The notes below the pieces were generated by a model, which saw only the letters and a program-made list of their open reading frames with translations, was not told the DNA's origin and searched no databases. From a bacterium (GTDB lineage: Bacteria; UBA8248), in assembly GCA_965213625.1 (NCBI GenBank), contig CBDBZU010000004.1, positions 544,001 through 608,000 on the forward strand: a stretch of DNA of 64,000 bases, given 5' to 3'. This document shows positions 19,767 to 29,127 of the stretch, in pieces; the first letter of the stretch is position 1, and every line of letters begins with the position of its first letter. A program made the position numbers and the translations under genes.

Positions 19767-21032
19767 CTAAGCCGCCTTGCTCACGAGGAGTGTGGCGTTT
19801 TGTCCGCCGAAACCAAAGGAATTCGTGATGGCGGCGGGCACGGGCATCTTCCTCGCCCCCTCGGCCACGTAATCGAGATCGCACTTCGGGTCCGGGTTCT
19901 CCAGGTTCGCCGTAGGATGCACGATGTCGCGCGCCACGCTCAAGGCCGTGAAGATAAACTCGGGCGCGCCGCAGGCGGCGATAAGATGCCCGATCATGGA
20001 TTTGGACGAACTCACCGCCAGCGCATCCGCTTGCGAACCAAACACCTCGCGAATGGCCCTGGACTCGACCGGATCGTTAAGTTTTGTGCCCGTGCCGTGC
20101 GCATTGACGTAGGCGACGTCGCCGGGTGCGAGACCCGCATCCTCCAACGCCTCGCTCATCGAGCGAACGGCGCCCCGGCCCTCCGGGTGCGGGGCCGTCA
20201 CCTGGTGGGCGTCCATGCTCGTGCCATAGCCCGATAGCGCTGCGTAGGGCGCTGCGCCCCGCTCACGCGCGTGGGCTTCTGATTCGAGAACCACCACGCC
20301 CGCCCCTTCGCCCACGGCGAGGCCGGAGCGTTTTCTGTCGAACGGACGGCAGATGGGTGCTTTCGATTTGGACGCCGCGCCGAGTAAGAGGAATATGGCC
20401 ATCCCGACGGGGTGGATCATTGAATCGGCCCCGCCGCAAAGAACCACGTCCGCCTCGCCCCTGCGGATCATGCGCATTCCGAGGCCTATCGCCTGTCCTG
20501 CCGCCGCGCAGGCGGAGGTGATGGTGCCGGTGGGACCTGCGAGTTCGAACCACTCCGCCATCTTCGACGTCGCCCGCTCGGGCGGGTTGTTGAAGTAACC
20601 CGATTCTTGCGTCATCTCGAGTTCTCTGGCGAAACGCACGGCGTCGAAAACGTTTTCAGGGTCCGCCCAGGCCGCGAAATCCTCCAGCCGGTAGCTGCTC
20701 AGCCCGGTCCCCATCACCACGCCGGCGCGTTCGGGCGCATAATTTCCGAGGCGCATCCCGGCGTCCGTCATCGCGTTCTGCGCTGCGTCGAGTGCGAACA
20801 ACACCCGGCGCTCCCCTTCGCCCGCATATTCCTCGGGCAACCTCTCTCTGATGGCCGAGAGCGTCTCTTCTGAAACCTCTCCCGCTCCGGCGATGGGCAA
20901 CGCCTTCGCGTCGAAAGACGCAATCGGTGCGAGTCCCGATTCACCGGCAAGCGCACGTTGCCAGCATGTCTCCACGTCGGCGCCCAAGGAACTCACCATG
21001 CCGAGTCCGGTGATGAAAACCCGTGCGCTCAT
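19767..21032 (-). CDS. FabF-like beta-ketoacyl-ACP synthase
   Basis: SACAAAG, NAHGTGT, SKSMIGH, NSFGFGGQN; intact Cys-His-His triad. Confidence 0.92.
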   Translation of the reverse strand: MSARVFITGLGMVSSLGADVETCWQRALAGESGLAPIASFDAKALPIAGAGEVSEETLSAIRERLPEEYAGEGERRVLFALDAAQNAMTDAGMRLGNYAPERAGVVMGTGLSSYRLEDFAAWADPENVFDAVRFARELEMTQESGYFNNPPERATSKMAEWFELAGPTGTITSACAAAGQAIGLGMRMIRRGEADVVLCGGADSMIHPVGMAIFLLLGAASKSKAPICRPFDRKRSGLAVGEGAGVVVLESEAHARERGAAPYAALSGYGTSMDAHQVTAPHPEGRGAVRSMSEALEDAGLAPGDVAYVNAHGTGTKLNDPVESRAIREVFGSQADALAVSSSKSMIGHLIAACGAPEFIFTALSVARDIVHPTANLENPDPKCDLDYVAEGARKMPVPAAITNSFGFGGQNATLLVSKAA

Positions 21033-21499
21033 ACCGTCTCCTCGAACTCCAACCAGCCGTAGCTTCTGAAGCGCTCCTTCAAACCTTCAGGATTATCCAT
21101 ACCCTCAGAATCGTCGTTGGATAAATGGGGATAGATGAACCGCTCGGCCCTCGCCACGGAAACGCCGTCTTTTTCAATTCGCGCGCGGCACAGGCTCGCC
21201 CGCTCGTTCGTATCGATTATCTCGCCATGAATCTCCACGGATGCGCCCGGGCACAGGTCGCTCGCGACCTCCACGTCGTCGATGAGCGAGATGACGCACG
21301 GGATCTTGAATTCATGGGTATAGACCACGAGCCACCCCGTAATCTGCGCCATTGCCTCGATGAGTATCGAGCCGGGCACGCGGGGGGCGCGGCTGAAATG
21401 GCCGTTCAGGTAGGCTTCCGAGAGGGGAAACGTCTTGACGCCCACGATGCGCTTGCCTCGCACCACCTCCTTGATCCGATCGAAATAGAGAAACCGCAA
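21029..21499 (-). CDS. Second FabZ-like dehydratase
   Basis: YFDRI, GHFSRAPRVPGSILIEAMAQ. Confidence 0.85.
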   Translation of the reverse strand: MRFLYFDRIKEVVRGKRIVGVKTFPLSEAYLNGHFSRAPRVPGSILIEAMAQITGWLVVYTHEFKIPCVISLIDDVEVASDLCPGASVEIHGEIIDTNERASLCRARIEKDGVSVARAERFIYPHLSNDDSEGMDNPEGLKERFRSYGWLEFEETV

Positions 21500-21514
21500 T
21501 ATCCCGTTCTCCCG

Positions 21515-22705
21515 TCAAGCGTTCTTACCCACCAAGAAAGCCGCGCATACGCCGTCGAAGCCCTGCAGAAGCACGAGCGCGTTTTTGAGTTTATCCCGCC
21601 CGGGGCCACCTGCTGCATTCCGAAACAATCCGCCCTCCGCTACGGGAGGTGGGGGTGGCGCGCCTTCGGCCAACGCTTTTAACGCTATAATCAAGTCCAG
21701 CGCAGGGCTTCCTCCCCAAAGGTGGCCGAATACGCTCTTTGTCGCAAGCCCCCAAGGCTTGTGGTCACCCAAAAGAGCACGAATCGCTTCCGTCTCGGCA
21801 TCATCCGCCAGAGGCACCCCCTCCCCATGAATCACGATGATGTCCACTTCTTCAGGCTCGAGGCCAGCACATGCGAGCGCACCCTGGGCCGATTTTTGAA
21901 CCGCCCGGACGAGGCCGCCTTGTTTGTTGAGCGCGCGCGCAGAAGAATATCCCTTGAGCCAACCGAGTACATTGGACTGGTCGGCATCCCCAGATTGATT
22001 GAGGCGAATCACGCCCGCGCCCTCGCCCAGCCCTCCAGCTTGGGGCCAGACGCCGCGCCGCTGCGCGCGGGCCAACATGCGGGCGGAAATCACCCCACTC
22101 ACGCCGGCGCAAAGAGCGAGCTTCGCCTTGCCTGATCCGGCGGAATCCACCGCTTCGCAGACGGCGCGCGCCGTCGCCTCCGCCCCTGCGCTGAAAACGG
22201 CGTTCTCGCCCCGCCAACGATGCTGAATCGCCGTCTGGCTGAAGCCAATCGCGTTCAAAAGGGCTAATGGCCACAAGGGGGGGATGCTGTCCGTCCCCTC
22301 GCGGAAAAAATGCTCCAGATCCACGCGACCTTCCGATTCCTTCACCGCGCCGAGCAAATCATCCCTTCCCGGATCGACGGAGTCCATGCCTGCGAAAAAG
22401 GCGATTTCTTCCTCTTCCATATCCGAATCGGCATGGGTGTCGGCCAGCAAATCGTGTACCGCGGCCAGGAGCATATGGGTATGATGGCCCATGATTCTCG
22501 CCGCACGGCGATCCGCCCCGACCGATTCAGGGTCGATTCGCGCGCAGCGCGCTGTTTCTACAGGAGGAAAGCCCGCGAGTTCGGGATCAGCATCCGGAGC
22601 GAGAAGGGAGCGGCCCGCGCAAAGCGCCTCCCAGGCGGGTTCGACACCCCATCCCGCCGCCGTTACCAGGCCGACGCCGGTGATCGGAACGGGAGTGAAC
22701 TTCAC
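21515..22705 (-). CDS. Ketosynthase-like protein lacking catalytic Cys (chain-length-factor-like)
   Basis: ITGVG, GEGAG, HGEG, TKSVFGH retained; FSAGAEA instead of SACAAG; GTG start overlaps upstream stop. Confidence 0.8.
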   Translation of the reverse strand: MKFTPVPITGVGLVTAAGWGVEPAWEALCAGRSLLAPDADPELAGFPPVETARCARIDPESVGADRRAARIMGHHTHMLLAAVHDLLADTHADSDMEEEEIAFFAGMDSVDPGRDDLLGAVKESEGRVDLEHFFREGTDSIPPLWPLALLNAIGFSQTAIQHRWRGENAVFSAGAEATARAVCEAVDSAGSGKAKLALCAGVSGVISARMLARAQRRGVWPQAGGLGEGAGVIRLNQSGDADQSNVLGWLKGYSSARALNKQGGLVRAVQKSAQGALACAGLEPEEVDIIVIHGEGVPLADDAETEAIRALLGDHKPWGLATKSVFGHLWGGSPALDLIIALKALAEGAPPPPPVAEGGLFRNAAGGPGRDKLKNALVLLQGFDGVCAAFLVGKNA

Positions 22706-24012
22706 GCGATTTCGGGGCCGCCCAGACAGAGGCACGCATTCTGCCCTCCGAAACCGAAACTGTTGGAGAGAGCCACGCGGTGAGTCTGCACCCTCGTCTC
22801 GTTGGGCACGTAGTCGAGGTCGCACTTGGGGTCGCGATTCTGGTAGTTGATTGTCGGCAGTATTTCCGAGCGGCGCATTCCCTCCACGGCCAGAATCGCC
22901 TCGACGGCCCCGGCCGCGCCGATGGTGTGGCCGATCATGGATTTGTTGGAGCTGATCGGTATCTTCTCCGCGTGAGCGCCGAAGACTTCCTTAATGGCCC
23001 TGGTTTCGGTGGAATCGTTCTTGGGCGTCGATGTGCCGTGCGCGTTGATGTATTCGACCGCATCGGACGTGAGGCGTGCGTCCTCGATCGCCTTTTTCAT
23101 GGCGAACACCGCGCCCAGGCCCCTCGGGTGCATGTCGGTGATGCGAAACGCATCCGAGGAATCGCCGTAGCCGAGCACTTCGCCCAGAATTTCGGCGCCA
23201 CGGGCGCGCGCGTGCTCGTAGCTCTCGAGAATCATCGCGCCCGCGCCTTCGGACATCACGAAGCCGTTTCGCCTCCTGTCGAAGGGACGGGACGCGCTCT
23301 GCGGGGTATCGTATCTCTCCACCAGTGCGGTGAGCAGGACGAAGCCGAGAAACCCCACATACGTGATGGGCGCCTCGCAGCCTCCCGCCACCATGACGTC
23401 GGCCTTCGCGTCGCGGATGAGGCGCACAGACTCGCCGATCGCCTGCGCTCCCGCCGCGCAGGCCGAGCAGATGGAGACCATGGGACCCCGGCAGTCGAAA
23501 TCGAGAGCGACGACCGAGGTCGCCACGTCGGACTTTCTTCTGAAGAACGTCATCAGATCATAGGCGCCGCGGCTTTTGAGTCCCTCGATGTCCCACCCGC
23601 CCTGCAAGGGATCGCCGCTTTCGGGCTTCCAATAGGGAAAGATACGGAGCAATTCTTCGACTTGGGGGTGATCGCCGTGGGAGCCGAGCGCGACGCCGAT
23701 TCGCTTACGCTCTGAAACTTCACCCAAACGCGCCGTCTTCGCCGCCTGGGATACTGCGACGCGCATCATCCGCACGCCCCGGGTGGAGAATTTATCGAGT
23801 CTGCGGCCCGAGCCGTTCTCCTGCGAGGCAACCCATTCATCGTCCACCTCGCCGGCGATGCGGCAGGGCAGTTTTTCGGGGTCGAAGCGCCGTACCACGT
23901 CGATGCCCGAGCGCCCCTCGCGCATGGCGTCGAACGTGGAAGCGACGTCCCCGCCCAGAGGCGTCATCGCTCCGTATCCGGTGATTACGACCCGTCTGCC
24001 GCTACCGGCCAT
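22702..24012 (-). CDS. FabF-like beta-ketoacyl-ACP synthase
   Basis: SACAAGAQAIG, INAHGTST, NKSMIGH, SNSFGFGGQN; intact triad. Confidence 0.93.
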   Translation of the reverse strand: MAGSGRRVVITGYGAMTPLGGDVASTFDAMREGRSGIDVVRRFDPEKLPCRIAGEVDDEWVASQENGSGRRLDKFSTRGVRMMRVAVSQAAKTARLGEVSERKRIGVALGSHGDHPQVEELLRIFPYWKPESGDPLQGGWDIEGLKSRGAYDLMTFFRRKSDVATSVVALDFDCRGPMVSICSACAAGAQAIGESVRLIRDAKADVMVAGGCEAPITYVGFLGFVLLTALVERYDTPQSASRPFDRRRNGFVMSEGAGAMILESYEHARARGAEILGEVLGYGDSSDAFRITDMHPRGLGAVFAMKKAIEDARLTSDAVEYINAHGTSTPKNDSTETRAIKEVFGAHAEKIPISSNKSMIGHTIGAAGAVEAILAVEGMRRSEILPTINYQNRDPKCDLDYVPNETRVQTHRVALSNSFGFGGQNACLCLGGPEIA

Positions 24013-24056
24013 TCACATGTTCTCCCGCTAAAATGGCTTGGATGAGGCAGGCGGCC

Positions 24057-24620
24057 TCAGGAGGAGAAGAGGCCCCTTTCCTCTTGCACCCGGTTCAGCC
24101 AGTTCTGGACCACTTCATCACCGCTGGGCAAAGAGGCGGGCTCGTTCGACTGAGCGCATACGATGCGCGTTCCATCCTCGGCCTTCCAATCCGCCCCCGC
24201 CGGACTCTTCTCGGGCAGGCAGTTCAGCACGTCGCGCACCGCGCCCGCCAGCGTCTTCGGCGTAACGAGAGCCGGAAGCTCATCCACGGGGATGCCCGTC
24301 TCCAGGTCCGACGCCGCTTCGTTCAGGCGCAGCTTCAAGACTTCGACTCCTGTGTCCGTCACCTCGCTCTCCTCGTTGATGGCCACGCCCTCGCCGAACA
24401 TCTCCTCCACGTGCTCCAGGACGAAATTGCGCGCCATCTTGATGCCAAACACCTGCTCGAGGCGAAAGTTCACGTCCAGAAAATCGAGCGACAAAACGCC
24501 CAGGTCGTCCACGAGGGAACTGTCCGGCTCGATGGTCTCCTCGTCGATTCCCGTCGTGTGGGCAATCGCCTTTTTCACTTCCTCTAAAATCGTATCGTCT
24601 GATACCAGGTTTTGCGACAT
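24057..24620 (-). CDS. Extended acyl carrier protein
   Basis: DDLGVLSLDFLDVNFRLEQVFGIK phosphopantetheine-site motif; 187 aa with internal insertion and C-terminal extension. Confidence 0.85.
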   Translation of the reverse strand: MSQNLVSDDTILEEVKKAIAHTTGIDEETIEPDSSLVDDLGVLSLDFLDVNFRLEQVFGIKMARNFVLEHVEEMFGEGVAINEESEVTDTGVEVLKLRLNEAASDLETGIPVDELPALVTPKTLAGAVRDVLNCLPEKSPAGADWKAEDGTRIVCAQSNEPASLPSGDEVVQNWLNRVQEERGLFSS

Positions 24621-24757
24621 AGCAACCCTCTGTAACGAGCGAGCGCGCTACTCAACCTCGCGTGTGAGCGCGCACTGAAACTCCACAACCCATGCAAGCG
24701 TATACAACCAAGGAGGGAAGCGAAAATCAACCTTCCCCCGAGCAATCATACCTCAAA

Positions 24758-25543
24758 TCATCTTCCCGGCGGGCGGTTGATCTGGTTGCTGAGTCCCTTG
24801 TCTACCACCAGGGTCTGCCCCCGTATGGAAGCCGCGCCCGCACCGGCGAGAAAATAGACGGATTCGGCCACTTCATCCGGCGTCACGAAATAACGCTCCG
24901 GTAGTTCTACCAGTTCGGGTTGAATCATGCGCAGCGTCTTGAACGAATCTGTCTTCACCAGTCCCGCGCAGACCGCGTTGACCGACACGCCTCTCTCCTC
25001 GAAACTTTCCGCCCAATGCCTGACCGCCGCCTCCATCGCCGCCTTCATGGGCCCAAGCGGATATTCGGGATGATAGAAACGACTGCCCAGGCTCGAGATG
25101 AACACGACGGCTCCGCCACGGCGCGAGAGCATCGGAAGCGCCCCCTGCAGGCAGAAGACGTTGCCCAGAAAATTCGTCTCCACCAGGAGTTTGAGGTCGC
25201 GCTCCAATAGTTTATCCCACGGCTTGAAGGGCGCGCGCGCCGCGTTCAGGACAAGCACGTCCAGCCGGCCGAACTCCGCTTCCACCTGCGCGAACATTCC
25301 CTTGACGGCGTCTTTTTTCGAAATGTCCGCAGGGATGGCGACCGCCCGCCCCCCGGCGGCTTCTGCCTCGCGACAAAGCTCGTCCGCCATCCGGGCGGAG
25401 CGGCCTTTGCCGTCCCTGTGATTCAGGGCCAGATGCGCACCGGCGCTTGCGAAGCGCCTCGCAATGGCCGCGCCGATGCCGCGCGATCCGCCCGTCACCA
25501 GGACCACCTTATCCTTCATGCCCTTTGACTCGGGGGCGTTCAT
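24758..25543 (-). CDS. SDR oxidoreductase, FabL-like enoyl-ACP reductase
   Basis: TGGSRGIG, LNAA, ISSLGS, YPLGPMKAAMEA (Y-K spacing of the enoyl-reductase type); first gene of the cluster. Confidence 0.75.
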   Translation of the reverse strand: MNAPESKGMKDKVVLVTGGSRGIGAAIARRFASAGAHLALNHRDGKGRSARMADELCREAEAAGGRAVAIPADISKKDAVKGMFAQVEAEFGRLDVLVLNAARAPFKPWDKLLERDLKLLVETNFLGNVFCLQGALPMLSRRGGAVVFISSLGSRFYHPEYPLGPMKAAMEAAVRHWAESFEERGVSVNAVCAGLVKTDSFKTLRMIQPELVELPERYFVTPDEVAESVYFLAGAGAASIRGQTLVVDKGLSNQINRPPGR

Positions 25544-25819
25544 GGTTCATCCCTCACGTATAACCCGCCAACGGCCCGCCCTCTGCGCCTACACTCCGAA
25601 TATTTTGGAAATCGACTTCCCCTCCAGGAATGCGCCGCAGCCTCATGGGCTGAAAATTTATATCCCACGAAAGCCCCTCCATCAAACGCCGCAAGGGATT
25701 GCCCGAAATAAACGATTGAATCCCCACCCGAGACCTCATACAATGGTCATCTTTCTTTCAACTTGGATTCATACAGTCAACATACTTGGATTCATATGCG
25801 GCACAGGGGGGGCAAACAA

Positions 25820-26707
25820 ATGGAACACCTCGATATCAAGGAAACGCCGAAGCTAAGAGACCCCGCACTCCTCATGGCCTTCGCAGGCTGGAACGACGCC
25901 AGCAGCTCCGCCACGACCGCCGCGAGCTTCATTACCGAGAAGATGGGAGGTTCGGAATTCGCCCAAATCGATTCCGACCCCTTCTATAATTTTCAGGACA
26001 TGCGGCCCCACGTGAGCCTCGATGATGGCAGCCGCCGGAAAATCACATGGCCCTCGAACACGTTCTACGCATGTGAGACGCCGAACCTCGAACACGACGT
26101 GGTGGTGTTCCTGGGTGTGGAGCCTCATCTGCAATGGGGGCGCTTTTCAAAAATCATCCTGTCCATGGTGCGCGAATGCCGGGTGCGGATGGCCGTGACG
26201 GTGGGGGCCCTGCTCGCCGACGTCTATCACCGAAGCCGCGTCCGGATCACAGGCACTTCCACGAACCCGGAGCTGGCCTCGGAACTGGGCCTCAGACCCT
26301 CACGCTATGAGGGACCCACCGGTATCGTCGGCGTGCTGAACAATCTGTTCCGCGACGAAAATCTGCCCGCCGTCAGCGTCTGGGCGAATGTGCCCCACTA
26401 CGTGAACGTGACCCCCAACCCGAAAGCGGCGCTCGCCCTGGTTGAGCGGCTCAGCGAATTTCTCTCTTACCCGCTCAATCTCTCCGAACTCGAGGCGGGC
26501 GCGCATGAATTCGAGGAGAAAGTGGACGAGGCGCTCGAGAAAAACAAGTCGGTGAGAGACTACGTGGAACAACTCAAGCTCAGAGACGATGGATTCGATG
26601 AAGAACCCCAGCCGGGCGAACTTCCCTCAGGCGATGAACTAGCCAGGGAGTTGGAGCGTTTTCTGAGAAACCGGGGCGCCGATGAAGATGCGCCCGAGGA
26701 AAAATAG
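25820..26707 (+). CDS. PAC2 family protein
   Basis: AFAGWNDA, GVEPHLQW, GALLADVYH, YEGPTGIVG, WANVPHY, PNPKA. Confidence 0.9.
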   Translation: MEHLDIKETPKLRDPALLMAFAGWNDASSSATTAASFITEKMGGSEFAQIDSDPFYNFQDMRPHVSLDDGSRRKITWPSNTFYACETPNLEHDVVVFLGVEPHLQWGRFSKIILSMVRECRVRMAVTVGALLADVYHRSRVRITGTSTNPELASELGLRPSRYEGPTGIVGVLNNLFRDENLPAVSVWANVPHYVNVTPNPKAALALVERLSEFLSYPLNLSELEAGAHEFEEKVDEALEKNKSVRDYVEQLKLRDDGFDEEPQPGELPSGDELARELERFLRNRGADEDAPEEK

Positions 26708-26804
26708 GGAAATTTGTTTTGCCCTGCATGGGCGATTCCGCAAGCAACCCAGGTAAATTTTGGCGGCGCGCCGTTTCGCTTTCAGCCGGAGGCTCAGAGC
26801 GCGC

Positions 26805-27407
26805 CTAAGCGGACCTCCAGCTTTTGAGGACGGCCTCTTTCACCAGATTCCTCAGGCCCGCGGCATCCACCGGCTTGGGGAGGCAATACGCCGCGCCCAT
26901 GTCCAGGATACGCTTTCGTTCGTCCCCATCGACGCCGCCGAGCGCCACGACGCACGTATCGCCGCCGGTCTCGCCCTGTTTGATCTGGAGGCACACCTCG
27001 TAACCATTCACACTTGAATGATTCAGGTCGAGAATCACGATGTCCGGTTGTGAGGTTGAATAGAGCACGCCAGCCCGGAACCCGTCGTGAGCCACCTGAA
27101 TTTCATAGCCCGGCTCATCGAACGAGAGCGCTTCTTTGAGTGAATCGGCAAGGCCCTGGTCGCCGTTCACAATCAACACCCGGGGAATGCCTCCCTTCTC
27201 CCGGAAAGGATGGGGAATGTCGCGTGATTCCAGAAAGGCGAGAAGCGCCTCTTTTCTCACCCTCCGGTGCCCACCGGGCGTCCGGTGTGCTTGCAGCCAA
27301 CCCTTGTCTATCCAGTTTTGAATCGTGACCGGCGTGACGTCGCAAATTTCCGCGACCTCGAACGTGGTGAACACTTTTTTCCTGGACAACTTTTCCGCGC
27401 TGGACAA
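26805..27407 (-). CDS. Excisionase-like HTH plus receiver-domain regulator
   Basis: FTTFEVAEIC...RTPGGHRR HTH; PDIVILD and LPKP receiver motifs. Confidence 0.88.
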   Translation of the reverse strand: MSSAEKLSRKKVFTTFEVAEICDVTPVTIQNWIDKGWLQAHRTPGGHRRVRKEALLAFLESRDIPHPFREKGGIPRVLIVNGDQGLADSLKEALSFDEPGYEIQVAHDGFRAGVLYSTSQPDIVILDLNHSSVNGYEVCLQIKQGETGGDTCVVALGGVDGDERKRILDMGAAYCLPKPVDAAGLRNLVKEAVLKSWRSA

Positions 27408-27687
27408 TGGCCGCCCCCATTGTGGCTAATGAAATGATGCCGTATTCGCGTTGACTTGATTGCGTAACTCGAAAATTTTTGCAAGAGACTTCTCGCACAT
27501 TGCCACCCGCATTTCAACCGAGGCCAGCGAAACAAGGGGTTCAAAAACGCGGCTCCGGCAGGAGGGGGTGCGAGAGCGTTGTATTTCAAGAGACTCGCCG
27601 TATATTCTGGAGCCATCGAGGACATCGAGTGGATACGCGATAGTCGCGGCCCGGAGAAAATGAAATGACTCCACAGGACAAACGAAA

Positions 27688-28137
27688 ATGAGAGCCGTCG
27701 TTCAACGCGTGAGTGAGGCCAGCGTCCGGGTGGACTCCGTGGTGGTTGGAGAAATCCGGGGCGGACTTCTCGTCTTTGTGGGAGTAGGACGTGAGGATAC
27801 TGAAAAAGACGTCGATTTCCTCGCCGAAAAAATCGTGCATTTAAGGATATTCCCGGACGAGGCGCAGAAGATGAACCTCTCGCTTCTCGACGCAGGAGGC
27901 GCCATGCTCGTCGTCAGCCAGTTCACCCTGCACGGCGATTGCCGAAAGGGGAGGCGTCCCGCCTTCATCTCCGCGGCCCCGCCCGAGCAGGCGGAGCCTC
28001 TTTATGAGCGATTCATCGCGCAAGTCGAAAAACGAGGGGTTCGCGTCGCGGGGGGCCAATTCGGCGCGATGATGGATGTGGCGCTCGTAAACGACGGGCC
28101 CGTCACCTTGCTGCTGGATTCGAAGGGCGCGTTTTAA
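27688..28137 (+). CDS. dtd: D-aminoacyl-tRNA deacylase
   Basis: [25 protein letters not shown]. Confidence 0.97.
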   Translation: MRAVVQRVSEASVRVDSVVVGEIRGGLLVFVGVGREDTEKDVDFLAEKIVHLRIFPDEAQKMNLSLLDAGGAMLVVSQFTLHGDCRKGRRPAFISAAPPEQAEPLYERFIAQVEKRGVRVAGGQFGAMMDVALVNDGPVTLLLDSKGAF

Positions 28138-29054
28138 TGGCTCTCAAGGCGGGAGACGTTCCGCTACTCAAGGAAAAGCTCGACGCGCTCGCCCGGACCT
28201 ATCACGACGAGTATCTCGCCACCGATCCACTCGGCCTTGCACACGCCTACCAGGGTGCGCGGGATCGCGAGGTCGCGGCGTTTCTAAGCGCATCGCTGGC
28301 CTTCGGCAACGCCTCCGCCATACGGATGAGCGTAAAGCGCGTCATGGAGCGTCTGGGTCCTCGGCCCGCCGCCGCGCTGCGCCGTCTCCGTCCAGAGGAA
28401 AGCACCCGCCTCTTCGAAGGCCTCTACCACCGGTGGGTGGGGCCCGAGGCCATCGGGGCTCTCGCCCAGGCGATCGGCTCCGCGCTCAGGAGCGAGGGCT
28501 CGCTCGAAGCCTTGTTTCTCAAAGGCTACCGCGCAGATGAGGAAACCCTCCAGGGGGCGCTCGTCAGTTTCAGGGAGCACCTGCTCCGCTCCCTCCCTTC
28601 CACTCGTTCAAACACGAGAATCGAGCGCGGGGTCCGCTATCTCCTGCCCGATCCCGAGAGTGGCAGCGCGTGCAAGCGGCTCCACCTGTATCTACGGTGG
28701 ATGGTGCGGCCCGATGACGGGCTGGACCTGGGTCTCTGGAAACGGCCCAAAACACACCAGCTCATCATCCCGCTCGACACCCACATCGCGCGCATCGGGC
28801 GCCTGCTGGGACTCACCGACAGGAAGACGCCCGACCTCAAGATGGCGCTCGAGATCACCAGAAACTTAAAGCGCATCGATCCGGACGATCCGGTACGCTA
28901 CGATTTCGCCATCTCGCGGATGGGAATCCTCAAACATTGCCCGAGCAAGCGAAACGTAACACTCTGCGCGGGCTGCCCTCTGCAGGATTCCTGCCGCTAC
29001 TGGCGCCGTCTGCCCCGGCGAAGAAAAGACGCCGCGCTGCAGGCGCGCGGGTGA
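28137..29054 (+). CDS. TIGR02757/DUF2400 family protein
   Basis: DP...DREVAAF..A.LAFG, SACKRLHLYLRWMVR, PLDTH, DPVRYDFA. Confidence 0.9.
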   Translation: MALKAGDVPLLKEKLDALARTYHDEYLATDPLGLAHAYQGARDREVAAFLSASLAFGNASAIRMSVKRVMERLGPRPAAALRRLRPEESTRLFEGLYHRWVGPEAIGALAQAIGSALRSEGSLEALFLKGYRADEETLQGALVSFREHLLRSLPSTRSNTRIERGVRYLLPDPESGSACKRLHLYLRWMVRPDDGLDLGLWKRPKTHQLIIPLDTHIARIGRLLGLTDRKTPDLKMALEITRNLKRIDPDDPVRYDFAISRMGILKHCPSKRNVTLCAGCPLQDSCRYWRRLPRRRKDAALQARG

Positions 29055-29127
29055 ACAACGGGGGCGGTTGCCGCCGTGCAGACCCTGGGATACCTTGCCA
29101 CCGACACTGATTCGGGAGATTCAACAC

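Noticed and set aside
15797-25543. Ladderane or aromatic polyketide cluster
   Set aside because: No radical SAM or methyltransferase genes and no aromatase/cyclase genes in the cluster
26805-27407. Excisionase-like HTH as a prophage sign
   Set aside because: It is fused to a receiver domain, a common regulator architecture, and no phage genes are nearby
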